Shown here piece by piece: positions 1 through 7,221 of a stretch of DNA of 32,000 nt; position 1 is the first letter of the stretch, and each line of letters starts with the position of its first letter. Made by a program: the position numbers and the translations under genes. Origin of the DNA: Propionibacterium ruminifibrarum (GTDB lineage Bacteria > Actinomycetota > Actinomycetes > Propionibacteriales > Propionibacteriaceae); NCBI RefSeq assembly GCF_900289195.1, contig NZ_OMOH01000014.1, forward strand, positions 1 through 32,000, written 5' to 3'. The notes under the pieces were generated by a model. That model was not told the origin of the DNA, ran no database searches, and saw nothing but the letters and a program-made list of their open reading frames with translations.

Positions 1-1
1 G

Positions 2-286
2 ATCAGGGCCCTGGCCGACGGCGGCGAGATCACGGGCTGGCCTGCCGGCCGGTATGCCGAGGAACTCGCAGCGGCCGCCGGGACATGGCATGCCCGGGCA
101 TACCGGGACGGCCGACCCGGGGCGCTGTTCGGGGCAGTGAAAATGACCCGCCAGCCCCCCGAGATGAGATTCGTGTCCTACCACGACGCCCCACCCAACT
201 ACCTGGCCAGCGACTGGGAGGACGACATGTACTCAGGCGACGAAGATGTGCTGAGAACCGAACTAACCCGAATCTTCAAAGGTTGA
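2..286 (+). CDS. 3' end of a hypothetical protein, 5'-truncated by the window edge; possibly the immunity protein of a toxin module lying upstream of the window
   Basis: Frame 2 is open from the window edge to TGA at 284-286 (...RFVSYHDAPPNYLASDWEDDMYSGDEDVLRTELTRIFKG*). Third positions are GC-rich. It is absent from the ORF track because it has no start codon inside the window. Its C-terminal stretch loosely resembles aa ~80-140 of the 1653-2621 protein (PG.GA ... P.[YW]LAS). Confidence 0.45.
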   Translation: MRALADGGEITGWPAGRYAEELAAAAGTWHARAYRDGRPGALFGAVKMTRQPPEMRFVSYHDAPPNYLASDWEDDMYSGDEDVLRTELTRIFKG

Positions 287-330
287 AACCCAGACCCAGC
301 CTTGGGCTCAGTTGTCTTCCCTGATCTCCT

Positions 331-636
331 GTGGGACAGGAAGCGAGGTCACGGGTAAAGGATGTGCTCTCCCACCACGAGGCCCTGCACGGCCCCGACC
401 GGGTCATCGGCGGCAACCCCGACAACTTCACTGGCTTCGGCACCGAAACCGTCCCCGGCAACACCGCCAACTCAGAAATGGGCCGACACTGGTCAAATTC
501 CGATACCGTACGAAGCTATAATCGCCGCATGGAGGACGCAGTTTCTGATATTCCGGAAGAGTTGCGCGGTGATGTTCGGGTGAATACGGAGTTTCTGGTG
601 AATGGTAAGACGACTAATTTCATTGGCCTGCCGTGA
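331..636 (+). CDS. Orphan polymorphic-toxin C-terminal domain, Ntox15 (PF15604)/Tde-DNase-like with an HxxD motif; no delivery or N-terminal region, probably not independently translated
   Basis: The translation ...KDVLSHHEALHGPDRVIGGNPDNFTGFG...NTANSEMGRHW...DIPEELRGDVRVNTEF contains H-G-P-D (nt 388-399) followed by GG and an N.S.G..W segment. As I recall, this is the signature of the Ntox15/toxin_43 family. The frame opens only after an in-frame TGA at 322-324. The nominal start is GTG at 331 with no purine-rich SD upstream (gttgtcttccctgatctcct). It is followed 16 nt later by small putative immunity genes. Confidence 0.55.
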   Translation: MGQEARSRVKDVLSHHEALHGPDRVIGGNPDNFTGFGTETVPGNTANSEMGRHWSNSDTVRSYNRRMEDAVSDIPEELRGDVRVNTEFLVNGKTTNFIGLP

Positions 637-652
637 TGAAGGAAGAAATGAG

Positions 653-1122
653 ATGGCTGGTAAACGGGTGCGCGAGTCGTGGGAGAAGTACGGTCGGCGG
701 GGTCGAGAGGTTGAGGCATTCGTTGGGCTGATGGATTCAATGTCTCATGATCAATGGGTTACTGTTGGCGAGACTGAGAAGAATAACGTTTTTGATGAAT
801 ACATGGGTGCTCTTCAGGAATGCAAGAAGATAAGTATTTCCGCTACTGTTGTAAAGGCGTTGTCTTCTTTGGGTGATCGTTACCGGCCCCAGTATGATGA
901 TGAGGCTGTAGGTCGGTATACGCGTGGGGGGTCCGTGATGCGAAGTCCATTGCGCCGTATATCGTGGGTATTGCCGACCGGCTGCCTGCGTGGGCTGTTG
1001 AGGTGATTCTGCGTCCGTTCGTGAAGGCTGGTGTGGACCTGTCCCCGGTGTTGCCTGAGGGCATGGACATAAGCCGTCCGCTGCCGCACGTCGGTGATGA
1101 TGACTCGCCGGTTGATGAGTGA
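653..1122 (+). pseudogene. Frameshifted paralog of the 1122-1568 gene (putative immunity protein, unrecognised family)
   Basis: ATG at 653 follows a GGAAG SD. The protein aligns colinearly with the next gene (MAGKRVRESWEKYGRRGREVEAFVGLMDSMSHDQW vs MVGKRVREPWEKYGPRGCEVVAFVGLMDSMSHDQW) up to ...GRYTRGG. The homologous reading then continues in the -1 frame (VRDAKSIAPYIVGIADRLPAWAVEVILRPFVKAGVDLSPVLPEGMDISRPLP...) to TGA at 1120-1122. The copy-to-copy offset is 469 nt before and 470 nt after the G6 run at 926-931, which means a net 1-nt deletion in copy 1. Confidence 0.6.
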
Positions 1123-1568
1123 TGGTCGGTAAACGAGTGCGTGAACCGTGGGAGAAGTATGGTCCGCGGGGTTGTGAGGTCGTAGCGTTTGTCGGCTTGA
1201 TGGATTCCATGTCCCACGACCAGTGGGTCGTGGTCGGCGAGACAAAGGATGATCTTGATTTCGATGAGTATGCTTGGGCTCTTGAGCAGTGTCTGGAAAC
1301 AGGCATTTCTGCTACCACTGAAAGAATGTTGGTTGCACTGGGAGATTGTTACCAGCCCCAGTATGACGATGAGTCTGTTGGCCGGTACACTCGTGAAGGG
1401 GTCTGTTATGCGAAGTCCATTGCCCCATATATCGTGGGTATTGCTGACCGGTTGCCGGTGTGGGCGGTTGAGGTTCTCTTGCGTCCGTTCGTGAAGGCTG
1501 GTGTGGACTTGTCGTCGGTGTTGCCCGAGGGTATGGACATAAGCAGGCCGTTGCCGGATGAGGCGTAG
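1122..1568 (+). CDS. Hypothetical 148-aa protein, intact copy of the tandem pair; putative toxin-immunity protein of an unrecognised family
   Basis: ATG at 1122 overlaps the TGA of the restored upstream copy (TGATG), suggesting translational coupling. The frame is intact to TAG at 1566-1568. Its position directly downstream of a toxin tip is the only functional clue. I recognise no known motif. Confidence 0.6.
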   Translation: MVGKRVREPWEKYGPRGCEVVAFVGLMDSMSHDQWVVVGETKDDLDFDEYAWALEQCLETGISATTERMLVALGDCYQPQYDDESVGRYTREGVCYAKSIAPYIVGIADRLPVWAVEVLLRPFVKAGVDLSSVLPEGMDISRPLPDEA

Positions 1569-1652
1569 GCGCGGGTACTGGTCGTCAATGATGAGGATTG
1601 TCAAAAGGGACGAGGAGTACTTGGCTTCGGGCCGGGAGAGAGGTGTATCGGA

Positions 1653-2621
1653 ATGACTGTGCCGGGTTTTGGTCCTGATGCCAAGGAAGAGAAGATCAAG
1701 GCCCTGTACCAGAGGTTGGTCGGGTGGATGCGGGAGAACCGAGCCGATTACTTGCAGGCCGTGGTGCAGGCCGTGGGCGAGCGGCACGGCGGCTGGATCC
1801 GTTCGTACCACGACAATCGGCCCTACGACAATGTGGCACCGGCCGAGCTGTACGATCAGATGATCGCGCTGCGCAGCGTGCTGGCCGAGCCCGGCAGTGG
1901 CGCGTTCACCTACGCCAAGTTCGTCGTGGAGGTGGGGACCGGTACCCGTATGACGATGCGGCAGGACAGCCGCGAGCCCCAGCTGGATCCCCCCTACACG
2001 GCGCAGGACTGCGCCCGTGAACTGGAACTGTTCCCCCGTGATGATGGGCGCACCCCAACCTGGCTGGCCAGCCACGGGCAGCGCCGCGACGAGGTGACCA
2101 GCGTGAGGAAGATCGACGACCAGGTGCTGGAGCACTACCGGCCCCTCGTGCCCGAGGCGATCGGGGACCTGTGGAGCCAGTACGGCGTGGCCTATTTCGA
2201 TGACGGCATGGTGCGGCTGGTCGACCCGGCCCACGCCGTCAACCGGCTCCAGCGCGTGGCCCCTGCCGGCGACGACATGGTGCCGGTCTTCACCACGGCC
2301 CTGGGCGATGTCGTCTACTGGCGGGCCGGCCGGTTCGTGTTCTACGACTACCGGCACAGGACCTCCGGCGAGCTGGAGTCCAATGCTTTGGTGGCCCTGT
2401 ACATGCTGCACAGCGAGGATTTCCGCAACGAGTTCATGGACGGCCAGACCTACCGGCAGGTCGCCTGCCGGTACGGCATCCTCGACGTCGATGACTGCTT
2501 CGCCTACGTACCGCTCCTGCGGCTGGGCGGGCCCGAGGACGTGAACCGGCTCGACCCGTGCGAGATGTGGACGCACCTGGACTTCATCGCCCAGGCAACC
2601 GGCACGCCCAAAGAACCCTGA
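1653..2621 (+). CDS. Composite immunity-type protein: unknown N-terminal domain (aa ~1-145) fused to a GAD-like + DUF1851 (Tdi1-like) module (aa ~150-316)
   Basis: ATG at 1653 follows a GAGAGAGG SD. YRPLVPEAIGDLWSQYGVAYFDDGMVRLVDPAHAV fits my recollection of the GAD-like domain (PF08887). VPVFTTALGDVVYW...YRQVACRYGILDVDDCFAYVPLLRLGGPEDVNRLDPCEMWTHLDFI fits my recollection of DUF1851 / Tdi1 C-terminal (PF08906). Confidence 0.7.
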   Translation: MTVPGFGPDAKEEKIKALYQRLVGWMRENRADYLQAVVQAVGERHGGWIRSYHDNRPYDNVAPAELYDQMIALRSVLAEPGSGAFTYAKFVVEVGTGTRMTMRQDSREPQLDPPYTAQDCARELELFPRDDGRTPTWLASHGQRRDEVTSVRKIDDQVLEHYRPLVPEAIGDLWSQYGVAYFDDGMVRLVDPAHAVNRLQRVAPAGDDMVPVFTTALGDVVYWRAGRFVFYDYRHRTSGELESNALVALYMLHSEDFRNEFMDGQTYRQVACRYGILDVDDCFAYVPLLRLGGPEDVNRLDPCEMWTHLDFIAQATGTPKEP

Positions 2622-2644
2622 TACCGGCATCCGTCAGCTGCTCA

Positions 2645-4339
2645 TCACCGCGCCCACGGCCCCCGTCCGCCGAGCAGCGCCTTGCCCAGCGGCAGCAGCG
2701 AGAGCCCCATCAACGTCAGCCCCCACACCGGTTCGCTGCCGCGCAGCACGATGCCGCCGACGAGCATCCCGGCGAACACCACCGCGGCCACCGTCCGGTC
2801 CTGGCCCTGCTCGGCCCGGCGGATCTGCCTCACCGCGTCCGGGGTCTGCACGCTGAGCTGGCCCCGCTCGACCATCGTGAGCACCCGGTCGATGCGACGC
2901 GGCAGTCCGACGGCGAGGGAGGCCATCGACCTGGACTCCTCGAGCGCCACTCCCAGCTGCGAGCCGGGCGTGCCGGTCACGAGACTGCGGGCGTAGGGCT
3001 CCACCGAGTCCCACAGGTTGTACTCGGGGTACAGCTCCACGCACAGGCCGTTCATGAGCGAGGCCGCGCGGATGAGCAGCAGGAAGTTCTGCGGCAGCTG
3101 GAAGGGCATCGTGGCCATGAGATCGCGGAACTGCATGCCGAAGGCGACGAACTCCTTCGGGTCGACGGTGCGCATGTCCGCCAGGCTCATGCCGCCGAAA
3201 CGGTCGAAGAGCTGGCTCACCGCCCGCTCGATGAGCGCCAGATCGGCCGAGGGCAGCAGCATGTCGAGGTCCTGCATGCAGCCCAGCAGCCGGTGGCTGT
3301 CGCGCAGCCCCACCGCGACGACGACCTCCTTCAGCTCGTCACGCAGGTTGTCCGGCACCTGGCCCATCATCCCGAAGTCGACGAAGGTGAGCCGCCAGCT
3401 CCGTCCGGCCTCGGCGGCCTGTGCCCGGGGCAGGGGCGTGATGAACAGGTTGCCCGGGTGCGGGTCGGCGTGGAAGAAACCCAGGTTGAAGACCTGCTCG
3501 ATGTAGGCGTCGGCCACCGCGAAGGCCACCTCGCGCCGGTCGATGCCGGCCGCCTCGATCGCCTCGACGTCACTGATCTTGATCGCCGTCACGTCCGACA
3601 GGGTGAGCACCCGCGGCGAGGTGCGCTCCCACACGACGAGCGGGTAACCCACCTGCGGGGCGTCGGCGAAACTCTCGGCGAACCGCTCGGCGTTCCCCGC
3701 CTCGTTGAGGTAGTCGAGTTCCTCGGCCGTCGTGCGGGCGAACTCCTCGACGAGGGCGGGCATGTCCGCGCGCTCGGCGATCGGACGGTAGTGCGCGATC
3801 CAGCCGGCCGCCCGCCGCAGTGCCGCCAGGTCCACGTCGGTCACCTGCTCGATGCCGGGGCGCTGCACCTTCACGACCACGTCGCGGAAACCCACGTCGC
3901 GGGCCTCTGACCGCGTCAGCCGGGCCCGGTGGACCTGCCCCAGCGAGGCCGCCGCCAGCGGCTCGGGCTCGAAGTACTCGAAGGCCTCCGACAGGGGCAT
4001 GCCCAGCGCCGCCTCGGCCGCGGGGAGCACCTGCTCGTAGGGCACCGGCGGGGCCTCGTCCTGCAGCCCCGAGAGCTCGTCGGTGACGGTGGGCGGCAGC
4101 ACGTCCAGGCGGGTCGACATGAACTGGCCCACCTTGATCATGAGCCCGCCCAAGTCGGCGGCGAGATCGTGGAACCCCACCGCCGCCTTGCGCAGCCGTC
4201 GTTCCCGGCCCCGCTCGGACAGCCGGTGAAGGCCGAGGCGCGGCAGCACGGCGTCGAAGAACCACAGCTGCGCGATGAGCCGGGCGAAGAAGCCCAGGAT
4301 CCTCCGGTAGCGGGCTCGAAGATGTCTGCTGCCGCTCAT
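2645..4339 (-). CDS. ABC1/AarF/UbiB-family atypical protein kinase with C-terminal membrane segments
   Basis: 564 aa, GGAGG SD before ATG at 4339. The N-terminal ...LGGLMIKVGQFMSTRLDVLPPTVTDELSGLQDEAPP... and the ...FFHADPHPGNLF... motif are typical of the ABC1 family. Confidence 0.9.
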   Translation of the reverse strand: MSGSRHLRARYRRILGFFARLIAQLWFFDAVLPRLGLHRLSERGRERRLRKAAVGFHDLAADLGGLMIKVGQFMSTRLDVLPPTVTDELSGLQDEAPPVPYEQVLPAAEAALGMPLSEAFEYFEPEPLAAASLGQVHRARLTRSEARDVGFRDVVVKVQRPGIEQVTDVDLAALRRAAGWIAHYRPIAERADMPALVEEFARTTAEELDYLNEAGNAERFAESFADAPQVGYPLVVWERTSPRVLTLSDVTAIKISDVEAIEAAGIDRREVAFAVADAYIEQVFNLGFFHADPHPGNLFITPLPRAQAAEAGRSWRLTFVDFGMMGQVPDNLRDELKEVVVAVGLRDSHRLLGCMQDLDMLLPSADLALIERAVSQLFDRFGGMSLADMRTVDPKEFVAFGMQFRDLMATMPFQLPQNFLLLIRAASLMNGLCVELYPEYNLWDSVEPYARSLVTGTPGSQLGVALEESRSMASLAVGLPRRIDRVLTMVERGQLSVQTPDAVRQIRRAEQGQDRTVAAVVFAGMLVGGIVLRGSEPVWGLTLMGLSLLPLGKALLGGRGPWAR

Positions 4340-4409
4340 CTGACCTCCACGGGCACCGGGTCACGGTCCGGCCCCGCCCCCAGTCTTTCGCACGGCCCCA
4401 GGCCGTCGC

Positions 4410-4970
4410 TCAATCCTCGGCGAGAACCGTGTAGATCCGGCGGCGCGCCTCGTCGATGACGTCGGTGGCGGCCCTGACCTGCACGGGGGTGCCGCTCGTG
4501 GCGACCTGTGCGACGGCCTGCACCAGCCGCATCGCCGCTCTCGGCAGCACCATCGACTCGGGCACGTCCTGCTCTGCCGCACTCTTCCAGGGTGCCGGGC
4601 GACCACTGGCGGCCTCGGCCTCGGCGCGGCCGGCCTCGGTGAGGTTGTACACCTTCTTGCCGTCCTGCTCTGCCACCTCCACCAGGCCCTCGTCGGCCAG
4701 CATCTGCAAGGTGGGGTACACCGAGCCGGCGCTCGGCTTCCACACGCCGGCGCTGCGCTCGGTGATCTCGCGGATGATCTGGTAGCCGTGCATCGGCTCC
4801 TCGGCCAGCAGCGCCAGCACCGCCGCCCGCACGTCACCGCGCCCGGCCCGGCCGCCGCGAGGCCCCGTCAGATCCCTCAGCTGGTCCTCGATCGCGTCGA
4901 AGGGGAACATTCTGTCGCCGCGGCGGCCATGACGCCCAGGACGCCCGCCCATGGGGAATGTCGAGTACAT
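4410..4970 (-). CDS. PadR-family transcriptional regulator
   Basis: 186 aa, strong GGAGAGGAG SD. LALLAEEPMHGYQIIREITERSAGVWKPSAGSVYPTLQMLADEGLV is a classic PadR winged-helix. It lies 70 nt upstream of the ABC1 kinase on the same strand. Confidence 0.85.
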   Translation of the reverse strand: MYSTFPMGGRPGRHGRRGDRMFPFDAIEDQLRDLTGPRGGRAGRGDVRAAVLALLAEEPMHGYQIIREITERSAGVWKPSAGSVYPTLQMLADEGLVEVAEQDGKKVYNLTEAGRAEAEAASGRPAPWKSAAEQDVPESMVLPRAAMRLVQAVAQVATSGTPVQVRAATDVIDEARRRIYTVLAED

Positions 4971-5090
4971 GATGGCTCCTCTCCTGGTCCGGCTCGGGGC
5001 CGGGTTACGGCATCAACGATACATCGGAATCTATCGCTGATCGAGAGGTGTGGGAACTCGGTGGTGCGACCATGGCCCCTGCCGGGCGCC

Positions 5091-5549
5091 TCACAGATCG
5101 AAGGCCGCTGCGGCTCGCTCCGCGACGTCCTGCGCCGAGTCGGAGGTGAGCAGATCCTGGACGAACTCCGTGTCCTGCAGGCTCTTCATCAATTTTTGGA
5201 GCACCCCCAGATGGTCGCTGGAACCCTGCAACGCCAGCATGATGACCAAGCGCACGGGAACCTCGTCCCCGTCACCTGCCATAGCGCCGAACCCGACCGG
5301 AGTGGCCAAGGTTGCGACCGAGATGGCGCTGGTGCGGACGTGCTCCGGATCGGTGTGGGGAATGGCTACCCCGCCGCTGATGGGCAGCCCGGTGGGGAAT
5401 CTACTCTCGCGTGTCAACAGTCCTTGGAGGAAGGTGCTGTGCACATGGCCTAGGTCTTCCAGGCGTGCGGCCATGATCGTGAGGAGTTCTTTTCTGTCGG
5501 CGACTGACAGGTGTACATGGACGAGTTCCGGGGAGATGAGGGCAGTCAC
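5091..5549 (-). CDS. PTS EIIA component (type 2, Gat/Mtl/Fru family)
   Basis: 152 aa, GTG start. ...RESRFPTGLPISGGVAIPHTDPEHV... carries the phosphorylatable His context of EIIA-2. Confidence 0.85.
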   Translation of the reverse strand: MTALISPELVHVHLSVADRKELLTIMAARLEDLGHVHSTFLQGLLTRESRFPTGLPISGGVAIPHTDPEHVRTSAISVATLATPVGFGAMAGDGDEVPVRLVIMLALQGSSDHLGVLQKLMKSLQDTEFVQDLLTSDSAQDVAERAAAAFDL

Positions 5550-5623
5550 GGTGCTGGATCTTTCGTCTGGATGTCATATTGGCCGGCTCATGGACCATCA
5601 TTCAGTCATGGGCTACCAGGTGT

Positions 5624-6874
5624 TCACCCGAAGATGTGGTGGATGGTCTCGATGATGATGTTCGGCAGGTTGTAGCCGAAGAAGGCGTCAGTGACCATGC
5701 CGTTGACCTCCACGCCCATCGTCGTCATCATGGCGGTCGCCTCGGGTGCGAAGATGTTGGCCAGCCACTCGACGAAGAACAGGAATATGGCGCTGGTGAT
5801 CAGGGTGCGGAACAGATTCCCCTTGCAGGCCAGTGCGATCATCGGGACCATGTAGACGATGACTGTCAGTACGCCGACCGGGAAATAAGTCATGTTGGGG
5901 ATGACGAAGGCGAACACGATTGACAACGGGATCATGAGAACGGTCGTCGTGATTGCTGTCGGATCACCGAGGGCAAGGGCGACGTCCATGCCGATGTTGA
6001 GTTCCCGGTCCTCACCGAGATGACGCTTCATGAAGGCCTGCGAACCCTCGCCGACAGTACTCAGACCCTCCATCATGACCGAGACCATGCGCGGCAGCAG
6101 GACGAGCGCGGCGGCGATGCCGATGCCCATGGCGAGCACGCCCTGCCAGCTCTGGCGGGTGAGCAGACCGAGGAAGACGCCGACGATGACACCGATGAAC
6201 GCCGGATCGCCGAAGAAACCGAGTTTCTCCCCGACCTTCTCCATCGACAGATCGATCTTGCGCAACCCGGGGATGCGGTCGATGAGCTTGTTGAAGACGA
6301 TGCCGAACGGCCAGGCGAACGAGATGAACGACAGGGTTGAGCAGGTCGTCCCCTCCAAGCCGTAGTACTCCTGCCAGTACGGGGCGATGACCTGGGCGAG
6401 CACCAGTGTGATGATGGCGAGGACCAGTACGATCCCCAGCCCGATCCACAGGTTTCCGGTCAGGGCGTAGGCCATGCTGCCCGGGATGAGGAAGTGGATG
6501 TAGTTCCAGATGTCGACGTTGAGCACATTGGTCCACTTCAGGGCGATCATGATGATGTTGATGACCACGATGATGAGAACGGCTGGCGCCGCGAAGGGGG
6601 CGGCCCACGAGGCCGCGCCGACCGCGGCCCAGCCGACGTCGACGGTGGTGAACCCGCCGCCCTGCAGACCGCGGTAGTACTCGATGGCCGGCTCAACGGT
6701 GGCCATGAGGGCATTGATGACCATGACCAGGCCGGAGAAACCGATGCCGATCATGAGGCCGGCGCGGATCGATTTCCCGATGCCCATGCGGAAGATGAGG
6801 CACAGAATGGTCATGACGATCGGGAGCATCACTGCTGCGCCGAGGTTCATGATGCCCTGAACGACGCTGAGCAT
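5624..6874 (-). CDS. PTS EIIC permease, galactitol (GatC) family
   Basis: 416 aa polytopic membrane protein. The N-terminus MLSVVQGIMNLGAAVMLPIVMTILCLIF... is typical of GatC-type EIIC. AGGAG SD. Confidence 0.9.
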   Translation of the reverse strand: MLSVVQGIMNLGAAVMLPIVMTILCLIFRMGIGKSIRAGLMIGIGFSGLVMVINALMATVEPAIEYYRGLQGGGFTTVDVGWAAVGAASWAAPFAAPAVLIIVVINIIMIALKWTNVLNVDIWNYIHFLIPGSMAYALTGNLWIGLGIVLVLAIITLVLAQVIAPYWQEYYGLEGTTCSTLSFISFAWPFGIVFNKLIDRIPGLRKIDLSMEKVGEKLGFFGDPAFIGVIVGVFLGLLTRQSWQGVLAMGIGIAAALVLLPRMVSVMMEGLSTVGEGSQAFMKRHLGEDRELNIGMDVALALGDPTAITTTVLMIPLSIVFAFVIPNMTYFPVGVLTVIVYMVPMIALACKGNLFRTLITSAIFLFFVEWLANIFAPEATAMMTTMGVEVNGMVTDAFFGYNLPNIIIETIHHIFG

Positions 6875-6917
6875 GGTTGTTCTCCTTCGGTGTGATCAGA
6901 ATTCGTGAGTGGCTGGT

Positions 6918-7217
6918 TCAGGCGTCGAGGACGGCCCGGCAGGTGTCCACGACCTGCTGGGCGACCTTGTCCTCGTTGATCCCGGAGATGAGGCCGAAGA
7001 CCTGCACGACGGGCTTGTCGATCGTGCCGGGGTACTTCGTCGTCACCATGACGATGTCGACGCTGTTCGCCAGGGACTGGATCTGCGAGACGGTTCCCTT
7101 GGTGATCTTGGCGGGAATGTTCGCCTCGGCGAGGATCTTCTTCACCTTCTCCTGGGCGACGGTGCTCGTGGCGATGCCGCTGCCGCAGGCGATGAGGATC
7201 TTGACTTCCTTGTTCAT
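6918..7217 (-). CDS. PTS EIIB component (GatB-like)
   Basis: 99 aa. KILIACGSGIATSTV contains the active-site Cys motif. GAGGAG SD. Confidence 0.9.
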   Translation of the reverse strand: MNKEVKILIACGSGIATSTVAQEKVKKILAEANIPAKITKGTVSQIQSLANSVDIVMVTTKYPGTIDKPVVQVFGLISGINEDKVAQQVVDTCRAVLDA

Positions 7218-7221
7218 TGCT

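Larger units (their letters stand above)
653..1568 (+). repeat. Tandem direct duplication of a ~470-bp gene unit
   Basis: The two units are head-to-tail (653-1122 and 1122-1568). They share identical runs such as gcgtccgttcgtgaaggctggtgtggac at 1011-1038 and 1481-1508, and are otherwise diverged at many positions. Confidence 0.8.

Noticed and set aside
920-940. Programmed -1 ribosomal frameshift at the G6 run in the first small paralog
   Set aside because: The site is cgt-ggg-ggg-tcc, not a canonical X_XXY_YYZ slippery heptamer in the zero frame, and no obvious downstream pseudoknot was seen. A simple indel, either a true pseudogene or a homopolymer sequencing error, is the more economical explanation.
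843-2630. 595-aa ORF on the minus strand spanning the whole immunity array
   Set aside because: It is antisense to three plus-strand genes that have good SDs and recognisable domains. Its translation is Arg/Pro/His/Gly-rich low-complexity sequence, typical of stop-free antisense frames in GC-rich DNA, and it has no plausible SD.
2558-3910. 450-aa plus-strand ORF, and other long ORFs opposite annotated genes (3570-4364, 8566-10680, 10382-11923, 11290-13572, 11951-13165, 17225-19747, 19639-21264, 27004-27903, 28631-30010, 30502-31806)
   Set aside because: All lie antisense to, or out of frame with, genes carrying clear family motifs. Their translations are dominated by R/G/A/P/D/H runs with no recognisable domains. 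This is the expected artefact of high GC content.
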